DNA of 62,306 bases, counting the filler. It is 4 parts of 4 records of this genome, joined end to end, with 100 filler letters (N's around TTAATTAATTAA, not from the genome) between each part and the next. Parts side by side here need not be neighbours in the genome. Positions count along the whole stretch, not along the records: positions 52,873 to 62,306 come from SRR31156797_9000; 3 more parts are not named here. One strand, given 5' to 3'. The notes below the pieces were generated by a model. That model saw nothing but the letters and a program-made list of their open reading frames with translations, did not search any database and was not told the DNA's origin. How positions within the stretch are numbered: position 1 is the stretch's first letter; every line of letters starts with the position of its first letter. The position numbers were made by a program, and so were the translations under genes. Shown here in pieces: positions 52,773 to 62,235 of this stretch.

Positions 52773-52872
52773 NNNNNNNNNNNNNNNNNNNNNNNNNNNN
52801 NNNNNNNNNNNNNNNNTTAATTAATTAANNNNNNNNNNNNNNNNNNNNNNNNNNNNNNNNNNNNNNNNNNNN
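52773..52872. other. Artificial contig spacer
   Basis: N-run with TTAATTAATTAA; GC rises after it. Confidence 0.98.
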
Positions 52873-53388
52873 CTGGCGGTCGCCGATGATCAGTTCGCGC
52901 TGGCCGCGTCCAACGGGCGTCATGGCGTCAATGGCCTTGAGTCCCGTGTACATGGGCTCATGCACGCCTTTACGCGCGATGATGCCGGGCGCCACGACTT
53001 CGATACGGCTGAACTCGGAGGACTCAAGAGGTCCCTTGCCGTCCAGGGGACTGCCGACCGAGTCCACAACCCTGCCTAAAGTGGCGTCGCCGACCGGGAC
53101 CTGTGCGATCCTGCCGGTCCTCTTGACGATGTCGCCTTCCTTGATGTGTTCGACATCACCCAGAACAGCCACGCCCACGTTGTCTTCCTCGAGGTTGAGG
53201 ACCATACCAAGAATTCCGCCGGGGAACTCAAGAAGCTCCATAGTCATGGCCTTTTCAACGCCGTAAACCTTGGCTACGCCGTCGCCCACGGACAGAACGG
53301 TTCCGGTCTCGGAGATCTCGACCTTCGTGTCGTAGTCCTTAATCTGGGATTTTATGATTTCACTAATTTCTTCCGCTCTGATTTCCAT
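52873..53388 (-). CDS. atpA: ATP synthase F1 alpha subunit (5' part, truncated by contig edge)
   Basis: [32 protein letters not shown]. Confidence 0.96.
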
Positions 53389-53394
53389 ATGCCT

Positions 53395-53934
53395 CTACCC
53401 CTTGATCAAAGATTCTTTGAGGTTTTTTAACTGTGTTTTTACGCTGCCGTCCAGGGTCAGGTCGCCTACCTGGGCAATGACGCCGCCGATTATATCAGGA
53501 TCGTTCTTAACCTGGAGAATGACGCTCTTGCCGGTCATTTCCTCCAGGGTCGCCTTGATCTGCGCAGTTACCTGGTCGCCGACTTCAACGGCCGTCGTGA
53601 TGGTGGCCCGCTTGACGTTATTGGCTTCGTCCACCAAGTGCTGAAAATAATCGTTTATGGACTCGACATAGCCGATTCGCCCTTTATCCTGTAATAAAGA
53701 GATAAAGTTTTCCACCATTTTGGATAAGCTCATCTTGGCCAAAATCTGACTGATGATGCCGTTTCTCGTCTCTTCCGGATATATGGGGTTGCCAAGAACT
53801 TCCATCAACTCCGGAGTCGCCAGCACTTTGGTTACAGCGGCCAGTTCTTCGCCGTATTGGGAAAGGCTTCCTTTTTCCTGGCCCAGAGCCATAAGCGCTT
53901 GTGCGTACCTTCTAGCAATGGTCTGGTTGATCAA
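53395..53934 (-). CDS. atpH: ATP synthase delta subunit
   Basis: IARRYAQAL, DPDIIGG...DGSVKTQL. Confidence 0.95.
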   Translation of the reverse strand: MINQTIARRYAQALMALGQEKGSLSQYGEELAAVTKVLATPELMEVLGNPIYPEETRNGIISQILAKMSLSKMVENFISLLQDKGRIGYVESINDYFQHLVDEANNVKRATITTAVEVGDQVTAQIKATLEEMTGKSVILQVKNDPDIIGGVIAQVGDLTLDGSVKTQLKNLKESLIKG

Positions 53935-54575
53935 TTATGCACCACCTTCCCTAAGTAATCTTCCACCAGGCGCACCTGATCCTGGTCGTCGATGTTTTGC
54001 TTTACCATTTCCTCAGCCATATTAGCGGACAAGTCGGCGATTTCCTGAACGAGTTCAGCCTTGGCCGTCTTGATTTCCTGTTTGATCGTGACTTCAGCCT
54101 GATTCTTAATCCGCTCGGCCATCTGGTGCGCATTGGCGATAATCTTCTCGCGCTCTTCTTCGCCTTCTTTAATATAGTCGGTTAAAATCTTTTCACGCTC
54201 GTCGGTCAGATCGGCCAACTTGCCTTCCAGCTCCTTGAAACGAGCTTCGGCTTCCGCTTTTTTCTTTTCAAGATCGGCCAGAGTCTGGGCGATATTTTCG
54301 CGGCGGCCGGTGAAGAAATTTCCGACTGGTTTACGTAAAAGGAAGAATAGAATGGCGAAAAGGGCGGCGAAATTCATGGCCCGCCAGACAAAGTCCCATA
54401 ATTTTTTTTCCGGAATCCCGCCGTGACCGGCCGCTGCCTCTCCATGGCCTTCGGATTCGGCGGTGGCGGCGGACCCGCTTGCCAGAACGGCATTCGGACC
54501 AATAAAGCACATACCCAGAGCAAGCACCAGGGCTAAAATAAAAATGGGCCTGCTAAGTGAAAAACGTCCGATCAT
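53931..54575 (-). CDS. atpF: ATP synthase F0 subunit b (with N-terminal extension)
   Basis: WRAMNFAALFAILFFLLRKP TM followed by a coiled coil; between b' and delta. Confidence 0.9.
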   Translation of the reverse strand: MIGRFSLSRPIFILALVLALGMCFIGPNAVLASGSAATAESEGHGEAAAGHGGIPEKKLWDFVWRAMNFAALFAILFFLLRKPVGNFFTGRRENIAQTLADLEKKKAEAEARFKELEGKLADLTDEREKILTDYIKEGEEEREKIIANAHQMAERIKNQAEVTIKQEIKTAKAELVQEIADLSANMAEEMVKQNIDDQDQVRLVEDYLGKVVHN

Positions 54576-55000
54576 GACAGGCTCCTTCCCAGTACTTTCT
54601 GGGCCAGTTCACGGGAAAAGATTTCAATCTCTGCTTTCAGAGTTTCACGAGCTGAAGAAATCTCCCCTTTTATCTGGTCCTTGATTTTTTGAATTTCCCC
54701 CTCAGCCTCGTCCGTAGCCTTGGCTACGATTTCCTTTTCAACCTCAAAGCCGGCGCCTTTCAGTTCGTCCTTTTTCAGGTAACCGTCACGCCTTGCTTCG
54801 GCCAGCTTGTCGTCGATCTCTTTCAAACGACTGTCAACCTGATCGGTCAATCCGGAAATATCCGTTTCATAACCGGAAATTTTCTCATTTCTTTCCCTGA
54901 TTATTTTACGGATAGGCTTGTACAGGAGGGCATTCAACACTATAATCATAACAAGGAAGTTCACGATTTGGAAAATCAGCGATCCATCAATGCTAATCAT
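54572..55000 (-). CDS. ATP synthase F0 subunit b'
   Basis: QIVNFLVMIIVLNALLYKPI...KVLGRSL. Confidence 0.9.
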   Translation of the reverse strand: MISIDGSLIFQIVNFLVMIIVLNALLYKPIRKIIRERNEKISGYETDISGLTDQVDSRLKEIDDKLAEARRDGYLKKDELKGAGFEVEKEIVAKATDEAEGEIQKIKDQIKGEISSARETLKAEIEIFSRELAQKVLGRSLS

Positions 55001-55073
55001 AGTTAGCCCAACCCCTAGAAATTACTTATTTATCGCTCATGCGACACATGCTGGTCAACATGCCTCTTTACGC

Positions 55074-55091
55074 TCGTGATATTTGTAACAA
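55074..55091. promoter_or_regulatory. Candidate Rex operator upstream of the atp genes
   Basis: TCGTGATATTTGTAACAA versus Rex consensus TTGTGAA-N4-TTCACAA; TTGACA on the minus strand at 55155-55160. Confidence 0.4.
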
Positions 55092-55218
55092 TATCTGACG
55101 GATTTTTAGCATGCTGATTACAAGCACGAATTTTTACCTTATCTACCCAAGGGATGTCAAAGGTTTTTTTAAAATTTTTTTCACATAGTCCCGGCAAACA
55201 CGCTAATTCGGATATAAT

Positions 55219-55653
55219 TCATATTATTTCCGACTCAACCTTGCTTTCGCCTTCCTTTGATATCAGGGTCACCTTATTGGACACATCTTCTCCGGCTGCG
55301 TGTTCCGAAGGATCGTTCATGTGACAGTTGCCTTCAAAGATCACGCCTTCGTCAATTATGACCACAGGTGAAATAATATTGCCGTAATGTTTGGCCGGAG
55401 CATGAAATTGCACCCGGTTGGCGGCCCGGACGTCCCCATGGACTTCGCCGCTGACAACAACCGTGTCCACTTCAATTTCCGCGGTCACATGCGCGGTTTG
55501 GCCAATTATCAGGGTCCCTTTTGATTTTATCCGCCCTGAAAAGCGCCCATCCAAACGAATTACGCCTTCAAAGGAAAGTTCGCCATTGAATTCAGTACCT
55601 AATCCAATGAAAGCGGCTATGTCGCCTTTCGGGCGCCTGTTTTTCTTCATCAT
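55219..55653 (-). CDS. Bactofilin (polymer-forming cytoskeletal protein)
   Basis: FIGLGTEFNGEL..G.IRLDG...IDEGVIFEGNCHM beta-helix pattern. Confidence 0.9.
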   Translation of the reverse strand: MMKKNRRPKGDIAAFIGLGTEFNGELSFEGVIRLDGRFSGRIKSKGTLIIGQTAHVTAEIEVDTVVVSGEVHGDVRAANRVQFHAPAKHYGNIISPVVIIDEGVIFEGNCHMNDPSEHAAGEDVSNKVTLISKEGESKVESEII

Positions 55654-56109
55654 CGGCTCCTTTTTTTAATGATAAGGACTATCATTAAGATCAGGTTAAA
55701 TTTTTAGCACGTTTCAGGAGGCTGGGCAAGGATAATCAACCTATTTGGTCCAAAATTTCACAATCTCCGGCCTTATGACGATAATTCCTGAAATTATTTG
55801 AAAAATCAAATCATAAATCCGAGACTTTTTTCTTTTTTTATGCTATCGTCCCCGTCGTGCAGCCAGGTCGTGATTTATTTGCTCCGAATACCACGATCGG
55901 CGAAAACCAGGTCGGCCTTATTCCAATTTTTGACCGTGCGCAAACCGGCATTTTTTGCTTGACAGGCTTCGCGGTGAGGATTACGGTTATTTTATAGCTA
56001 TTTTGTGATTATTCCAAACTCGGTAATTTCCGGAAGGGCTTGTCGACTTATTCATCAAACTGTATTGAAATCAAGCGCATGGAGAGGTCATCGCCGACCG
56101 TTATAAAAG

Positions 56110-56298
56110 ATGAAAAAAAATGAGACTGATAAAAACAAACCGGCCGTGGAGGAAGAACTAAGCTACCAAAAAGCCAAGTTCGAAGTTTACGGGGAGGAAA
56201 TGATTGAAAAAACCGTCAAACTGAGCGGCAACAGCGGAAGAGTGTATCTTCCGCCCGATTGGGTCGGAAAAACAGTCAAAATAATAAGGATAGATTAA
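56110..56298 (+). CDS. DUF2080-family small protein (AbrB-like swapped hairpin)
   Basis: EMIEKTVKLSGNSGRVYLPPDWVGKTVKIIR. Confidence 0.8.
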   Translation: MKKNETDKNKPAVEEELSYQKAKFEVYGEEMIEKTVKLSGNSGRVYLPPDWVGKTVKIIRID

Positions 56299-56311
56299 GA
56301 AACACAGCATT

Positions 56312-56752
56312 ATGACTACTGAAGTGGAAATACGCGATTTCAGGCCGGAAGACGTCCAAACTGTTATAGAAATCCAGGAAGCCATAATTCAGCGCAAGGT
56401 AGCGCCCAGGTGGTTGAATATCATCCAGCTTCAACTCACCAAGCCCGAGGGCGTATCCCTGGTGGCGGTTCGTGACGGGGAAGTGATCGGATTCTTTTTC
56501 GGGGACGTCAAGCACGGCGATTTTGGTTTGGAGCATTCCGGATGGATCGAAATGTTCGGCGTAAACCCGAAAATGATGGGCGAGGGCATTGGCCGCAGCC
56601 TGGCCCAGGCCGCTTTCGAACGATTCAAGCAGCACGGGGTCATGGATATATACACTGCCGTTAACTGGGATTCCGGCGATCTTCTCGCCTTTTTCAAAAA
56701 GATCGGATTCGATTTGAGCAACTTTATTACGCTCAACACTCGTATTGAATGA
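56312..56752 (+). CDS. GNAT-family acetyltransferase
   Basis: IRDF, VAVRDGEVIGF, GVNPKMMGEGIGRSL, FFKKIGF. Confidence 0.88.
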   Translation: MTTEVEIRDFRPEDVQTVIEIQEAIIQRKVAPRWLNIIQLQLTKPEGVSLVAVRDGEVIGFFFGDVKHGDFGLEHSGWIEMFGVNPKMMGEGIGRSLAQAAFERFKQHGVMDIYTAVNWDSGDLLAFFKKIGFDLSNFITLNTRIE

Positions 56753-57063
56753 TCTTGATAATTCTCGGCGGCGATTCTCCAAAATCCGGTATAATTCAGA
56801 ATTTATTTTCGAGCGTTAATTTTAATGCTCGAAATACGGGCTGAATATATTCTTTGGCCGATGATGGTGTAATTAATATTCTTTTCCAGAAACCCGCATT
56901 CATACTTCTCCTGTTTAATATACAAATATCCCTTAACCCGGAATCCGTTATTTAATACCTAATAACCAGCTGTAAGCTGTAAAGGCTCGCCCCCCAAACA
57001 TCCCGTTTTCCTTTGAATTCACCGCCAGGCCGATTCCCGGGCATGCCGGACCTTCGGGATGTA

Positions 57064-57092
57064 TTGTAAACAAAGGGCTCCTCTGCTATTCT
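57064..57092 (+). promoter_or_regulatory. Candidate sigma70 promoter of the oxidoreductase gene
   Basis: TTGTAA-N17-TATTCT with a TG extension. Confidence 0.45.
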
Positions 57093-57253
57093 GCAACAGC
57101 TTCAAATAAAAAACTAATAAAGGGTTCCTCCCGTCACGGAGAGGACAGTCCGGATACAGTCTTTAGCTGTTTCCGCTTTTTACAACATCACCCAACCGGG
57201 ACAAGCCGGAAGACAGGGTCTTTTCTACATTTATTCAGGAGGAGTTATTCAGC

Positions 57254-59764
57254 ATGAACTTGGTGTCTCTAACGATAAATGATCTGAAGATTGAAGCAGA
57301 GGCGGGTATTCCGATAGTTGAAGCGGCAACGGCGGCGGGCGTCTACATTCCAACAATTTGCTATCATCCCGATCTGGTCCCGGGCAAAACAACTCTTCCG
57401 ACAAGCTCGATTTTTCAAGGTCAGGTCAAGCATGACCACAATGGAGGCGCCGAAGGCGGAGGCTGCGGCCTGTGCGTGGTTGAAGTCGAAGGCGAGGCGG
57501 AGCCTGTCCCGGCCTGCGCCGCTCCGGTCGCCGAAGGCATGGTGATAAAGACCGAGAGCGACAGGCTCAAAGCCCTGCGCCGGGAAAAGCTCATGGCCAT
57601 TTTGGCCGACCATCCCCATGCCTGTCTGACCTGTGCGCAAAACGAAGGTTGCACTCGGACGCAATGCTCAACCAATGTGCCTGAAAACGAACGCTGCTGT
57701 CCACAACTGGGGGCATGCCAATTACAGGCCGTATCGGAATATATCGGTATACCGGCTAACACGCCCCGGTGGCGTCCGACGGATCTGCCGATTCTCGACG
57801 GGCCTCTTTTTACCAGGGATTACAATCTGTGCATCGGGTGCACCCGCTGCGTCCGGGCCTGCGAACAACTGCGCGGCATCAAGGCCATCGGTTTTGTCCG
57901 GGACGAGTCGGGCAAAAACATCATCGGCTCAATTGCCGAGACGCTGGAAGAATCGGGCTGTCGCTTTTGCACTGCCTGCGTGCAGGTTTGCCCCACCGGA
58001 GCGCTCATGGACAAGGGCGTGCGGACCGGCTATCGCGAAGAAGATTTGGTTCCCTGCCGGTCGGCCTGCCCGGCCGGAGTGGATATCCCCTGGTATATAA
58101 GGCTAATATCAGAAGGCCGTTTTGATGAAGCCCATTCCGTGATCAGGGAAAAAGTCCCCTTCCCCGGCATTTTAGGACGGATCTGCGTCCGTCCATGCGA
58201 GGACGCCTGTCGCAGGGCGGAATTAAATGAACCGATAAGCATCTGTGCATTAAAACGGGCGGCCGCAGACCATGAAAAGGGCGGCTGGAAGAATAATTCG
58301 GGACAAAAAGCGGAAACCGGCAAAAAGGCCGCGGTTATCGGCGCCGGTCCGGCCGGGCTTGCTTGCGCCTTTTACCTGAGAAAAGCCGGACACTCGGTAA
58401 CGGTTTTTGAAGCGGAGCATTATCCCGGCGGTATGCTGCGTTATGGCATTCCCGAATACCGGTTGCCCAAGGCGCTGCTTGACCAGGAGATCAATGACGT
58501 TCTTGATACGGGCATATCACTGAAAACCAATATGAAATACGGAGTTGACTTCAAGCTTAAAGATTTGGATGAGAAAGGCTTTCAGGCTGTTTTTCTGGCG
58601 CCCGGCGCCCAGGCGGCCCGTCGGATACCGGTCAGGGGTTCGGACAAAAACGGCGTGATGTGGGGAATGGATTTTCTCCGTGATGTGCGCAGAGGCGAGC
58701 AATTTGACATGGCGGGAAATATCACGGTAATAGGCGGAGGCGCCGTGGCCATTGACGTGGCTTTGACCGCCCGCCGTCTGGGCGGGGACCGCGTCGACCT
58801 TGTCTGCCTTGAAAGCAGGGAGGAAATGCCGGCCCATGAATGGGAATGTCTGGCAGCGATCACGGAAGGAGTTGTTTTCCATAATTCCTGGGGCCCAAGA
58901 GCCATATTGGGAAATGACAAGGTTACGGGCGTTGAATTCGTTTCCTGCACCAGTGTTTTTGACGACAAAGGGCGCTTCAATCCGAGCTTTGATGAATCCC
59001 AAAGAGTGACCATAAAATCGGACCTGGTTATACTGGCGGTTGGTCAGGCCGTGGAATCAGAAGTATTGGAAGCGGATAGAGGCCTGGAGATATCAGGGGG
59101 ACTCATTGTTGTCGACGGAGACCAAAGCGCTTCACTGCCCGGAACATGGGCCGGAGGAGACGCGACCGATATGCCGGGTTCCGTGATTTCAGCCATTGCA
59201 GCGGGCCGAAAAGGGGCCGCGGCCATAGACCGGCATTTTGGCGGGCCGGGTGACATTGAAGAAGTTTTATTTGAGAGACCCCCAATAAATCAGGAAATCG
59301 GGCGTATAGAGAATTTTGCAAAGCTCGGTCGCGAAACAATTCCCTGCACCCTCCCCGAAACAAGAAACGGATTTGATGAAATCGAAGAGGGATACGATGA
59401 AAAACAAGCCCGCCTGGAGGCATCCCGCTGCCTGCAGTGCGACTTGAGGCTTTATATGGGTGCGCCGGCCGGGCCACCTGAAAAATGGCATGCATTCACC
59501 ATGGAAGCCGTTGTCGAAGTTCCTGAAACAGAAGGGGTGTACCAACTCGTGGATGCCGACAAAAATGTATTGGCTATAAAAGGCGCCATGAATTTGAAAC
59601 AGGCCCTGCAGGAGGCGCTTGAATCCAATGAAAAAGCTGCCTTCTTTGAATGGGAGGAAGACAAGATGTATACAAAGCGGGAAAGCGAAATGCTCCAGCA
59701 ATACCTGCAACAGCACGGCGAACTTCCCGGCGGCGGTGATGATGAATTGGACGACCTTTTTTGA
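57254..59764 (+). CDS. Multi-Fe-S, FAD/NAD(P)-dependent oxidoreductase (NuoG-like N-terminus plus GltD-like core) with an extra C-terminal domain
   Basis: 2Fe-2S region (IPTICYH, CGLCVVE), 2x4Fe-4S (CIGCTRCVRAC, CRFCTACVQVCP), GltD motifs (PCRSACP, GAGPAG, GGGAVAID, RCLQCD); AGGAGG RBS. Confidence 0.9.
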   Translation: MNLVSLTINDLKIEAEAGIPIVEAATAAGVYIPTICYHPDLVPGKTTLPTSSIFQGQVKHDHNGGAEGGGCGLCVVEVEGEAEPVPACAAPVAEGMVIKTESDRLKALRREKLMAILADHPHACLTCAQNEGCTRTQCSTNVPENERCCPQLGACQLQAVSEYIGIPANTPRWRPTDLPILDGPLFTRDYNLCIGCTRCVRACEQLRGIKAIGFVRDESGKNIIGSIAETLEESGCRFCTACVQVCPTGALMDKGVRTGYREEDLVPCRSACPAGVDIPWYIRLISEGRFDEAHSVIREKVPFPGILGRICVRPCEDACRRAELNEPISICALKRAAADHEKGGWKNNSGQKAETGKKAAVIGAGPAGLACAFYLRKAGHSVTVFEAEHYPGGMLRYGIPEYRLPKALLDQEINDVLDTGISLKTNMKYGVDFKLKDLDEKGFQAVFLAPGAQAARRIPVRGSDKNGVMWGMDFLRDVRRGEQFDMAGNITVIGGGAVAIDVALTARRLGGDRVDLVCLESREEMPAHEWECLAAITEGVVFHNSWGPRAILGNDKVTGVEFVSCTSVFDDKGRFNPSFDESQRVTIKSDLVILAVGQAVESEVLEADRGLEISGGLIVVDGDQSASLPGTWAGGDATDMPGSVISAIAAGRKGAAAIDRHFGGPGDIEEVLFERPPINQEIGRIENFAKLGRETIPCTLPETRNGFDEIEEGYDEKQARLEASRCLQCDLRLYMGAPAGPPEKWHAFTMEAVVEVPETEGVYQLVDADKNVLAIKGAMNLKQALQEALESNEKAAFFEWEEDKMYTKRESEMLQQYLQQHGELPGGGDDELDDLF

Positions 59765-59883
59765 CACGGACTTGGCGGGCGTAGTTGTCGGCGTTGGCAA
59801 TAAGGACTAAATGAATTTATCTTAAGTAAAAGTTCAAAATAGTCGCTAATTGCTAGACAGACGTTGAAAAAGGAGTCAAGAAA

Positions 59884-60348
59884 ATGAACAAAATGCTGAT
59901 TTTTCTTTTGACCGCCATATTAATGTTCCAGGTCACGCCATTCGCCAAACCGGCTTTGGCCGGTGATAATGTCATCAAAGCCCTGGTTGATGATTTTAAA
60001 CCGGGCGAGGTGGTCCATGTTTGCAATCGGCTGGTGAAACCCGGAAATCCCTTTCTGGTTGAAGGGGCCTTTAATTGCGAAGCCAGGGTTGAAGCTGTGG
60101 ATGCGCCTTTCCCGGGCGGCGGGATCAACGGCGACCAGTTAATGTCCGTAGTGCGAAAGGCGGCGGGCGGTAAGAAAATAAACGAAATTCGAGTTCGTTC
60201 GTTGACTGCGGGGCAGGATGCAGGCGACCAAAGCGCCGGCATGATGACCGTGGATGAAGGCGCCGATGAATTCTACAACAGCTATGTCGGCCGGGACAAA
60301 CAAGGACGCCTGGTTATTTTTCTGGATATTGAAGTCAAGCCGGAATAA
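59884..60348 (+). CDS. Hypothetical exported protein
   Basis: AAGGAG RBS, signal peptide ending ALA; 154 aa. Confidence 0.65.
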   Translation: MNKMLIFLLTAILMFQVTPFAKPALAGDNVIKALVDDFKPGEVVHVCNRLVKPGNPFLVEGAFNCEARVEAVDAPFPGGGINGDQLMSVVRKAAGGKKINEIRVRSLTAGQDAGDQSAGMMTVDEGADEFYNSYVGRDKQGRLVIFLDIEVKPE

Positions 60349-60425
60349 ATGCGGCGTTATATTTAATATAATCAATACAGGATAAATCTTCTTGATTTTA
60401 TTACGCTAAAAGAAGGAATGCAGTA

Positions 60426-60893
60426 ATGAAAACCGATATAGGCCGAATTGAAAAAAGAGCTATTGAAGCATTGGCCGTGGCCCCGGTCATCGAGGCCGTG
60501 GCAGGCAGGATAGGAAAAGAGGAAGCGCTTTCCATATTACGCGAGGTTAACGAAAAGGAAGCATTTGAACGCGGCCGGGCCGGAGCGGCGCGGGGCGGAA
60601 AAAACGACATTGAAGCATTGGCCGCGGATGTGTCCACCTGGGGACGGGGCGGCTTCTGGGAAATGGATGTATTGGAACAGACTGATAAGACATACTTTTT
60701 TAACGTCACCAGGTGCCCGTACGTGGAAAAATATGAAGAACTCGGCTTAAAGGATTTAGGCGTCTATTTCTCATGCTGCAGGGACGAACCTTTCGCCAGG
60801 GGTTTTAATCCCGGCCTGAAGCTCGTCAGGACAAAGACTATCATGGAAGGCGCCGACATATGCGATTTTCGATACTACCTGGAGGACAAATAG
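60426..60893 (+). CDS. L-2-amino-thiazoline-4-carboxylic acid hydrolase family protein
   Basis: FNVTRCPY, CCRD, LVRTKTIMEGADICDFRY. Confidence 0.85.
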   Translation: MKTDIGRIEKRAIEALAVAPVIEAVAGRIGKEEALSILREVNEKEAFERGRAGAARGGKNDIEALAADVSTWGRGGFWEMDVLEQTDKTYFFNVTRCPYVEKYEELGLKDLGVYFSCCRDEPFARGFNPGLKLVRTKTIMEGADICDFRYYLEDK

Positions 60894-61183
60894 ATCGGAT
60901 CAAAACAGGCGCCGAAATACTCTTGTAAAAGTAAACAGTGGGCGCGCCGATGTAATTAAATGGTGCATATTTAATTCCTTTCCGAATTTCAAAACTACAC
61001 AAACTCTGTTTCAACAAAGAAAAGTCTCCGGCGCCAGGTTTTCAGGGAAGCGTGTTCCGGGCTTGAGTTATTGCCCTTAAGTCTGCTAAAGTAAGTACAC
61101 GAAAGATTACCCGAAGACTGCGCAAGCTTGCCGGGCCTCGGAATGTTAATCCGCTGCCAAGTATACCAGGGTGGAGGCCGGAT

Positions 61184-61426
61184 ATGGATCCTAAAAGCCC
61201 AAGGGATGAAGAACTGATCTCCCGGGGATGGAGCAGGCAGTTTTCGGCCAGTGAGCCGCGCCTATCAGAAGCAATTGAAAATTATCGAGAAATAGGTTTT
61301 GAGGTTTTGATAGAGCCTGTGGATACGTGTCCGCAAGACGGGTCATGCACTGCTTGTTTCGCGGAAAATCCGGATAGTTTAAAAGTGATTTATACTCGTC
61401 CGGTTAATGACGAAGAAATTATTTAA
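61184..61426 (+). CDS. Small hypothetical protein with a Cx5CxxC motif
   Basis: GGAGG RBS; GWSRQF..SEPRLSE..E.Y.EIGFEV...CPQDGSCTAC...IYTRP. Confidence 0.75.
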   Translation: MDPKSPRDEELISRGWSRQFSASEPRLSEAIENYREIGFEVLIEPVDTCPQDGSCTACFAENPDSLKVIYTRPVNDEEII

Positions 61427-62069
61427 TGATTGGAATTTTACAGTGACGACAGAATTCACAGCCCAGGAAATTAGGAATATTATTGCGGGCCACAACCCCA
61501 GCACAGGCGAGCTGGGAGAAGGCTTCAGGCCGGCCTCCGTAATGGCGCTTTTTTATGAAGGACCGGACGGACTATCCATAATATTTACCAAGAGAACCAA
61601 CCACCTGGTTCAACACAGCGGGCAGATATCCTTTCCCGGAGGCATGAGGGATCCGGAGGACGATTCCCCCCTCACAACCGCCTTACGCGAAACATACGAA
61701 GAGATCGGCGTCAACCCCGACGATGTAGAAGTATGGGGCCGTTTGAACCAGGAAGCGACTATCTCCGATTTTTCCGTCGCTCCCTTTGTCGGTATGGCGC
61801 CCGCGCCTTATGAATTTGTGCTCAATACCCATGAGGTGGAACGGTTGATCATCGTCCCATTGAAGCACTTGTTGGACCCGGATTATTTCAGTGTTGAGTA
61901 TTACCCCTGGAAAGGACGGGAGTACAAGACATACAATTACAAATATAAGGATGATGTCATATGGGGGGCCACGGCCCGCATGGTGCATAACCTTCTGACA
62001 TTACTGACAACAGGAGAAGAGCCCAACGAGATGTTTGAATATTTCAACAAGCCGGCTTCACATTCCTGA
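61407..62069 (+). CDS. Nudix CoA pyrophosphatase (NudL/PCD1-like)
   Basis: FTKR...HSGQISFPGG, ALRETYEEIG Nudix box, IWGATA. Confidence 0.92.
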   Translation: MTKKLFNDWNFTVTTEFTAQEIRNIIAGHNPSTGELGEGFRPASVMALFYEGPDGLSIIFTKRTNHLVQHSGQISFPGGMRDPEDDSPLTTALRETYEEIGVNPDDVEVWGRLNQEATISDFSVAPFVGMAPAPYEFVLNTHEVERLIIVPLKHLLDPDYFSVEYYPWKGREYKTYNYKYKDDVIWGATARMVHNLLTLLTTGEEPNEMFEYFNKPASHS

Positions 62070-62079
62070 CACATTGACC

Positions 62080-62107
62080 TTGAATTTCTGGCAGGGAAGA
62101 CTATAAT
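62080..62107 (+). promoter_or_regulatory. Sigma70 promoter
   Basis: TTGAAT-N16-TATAAT. Confidence 0.7.
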
Positions 62108-62123
62108 TAAAGACAGGAACGAA

Positions 62124-62229
62124 CTTCTTGGGCGTTCGTGGAAGGATAAGAGGCAGATCCGTCAAGTAAGATTTAAAAGATTTGAGAAACAAGGGTTTCT
62201 GCCAAATTGCCACACGGCGTATCAGGAAG
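62124..62229 (+). ncRNA. Candidate small rod-shaped ncRNA (6S-like)
   Basis: No ORF; nested stems CTTCTTG/CAGGAAG, GCGTTCGTG/CACGGCGT, GGCAGA/TCTGCC, TCAAGT/ATTTGA; has its own promoter and terminator. Confidence 0.55.
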
Positions 62230-62235
62230 CAAAAT

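Noticed and set aside
57254-59764. Selenocysteine recoding in the Desulfobacterota redox gene
   Set aside because: The ORF is uninterrupted; the terminal TGA follows an acidic tail and is not at a Cys-equivalent position.
57269-59810. Many overlapping alternative-frame ORFs within the oxidoreductase, and similar ones in atp, ileS and ftsH
   Set aside because: Shadow ORFs expected from GC content and codon bias; no motifs or RBS support.
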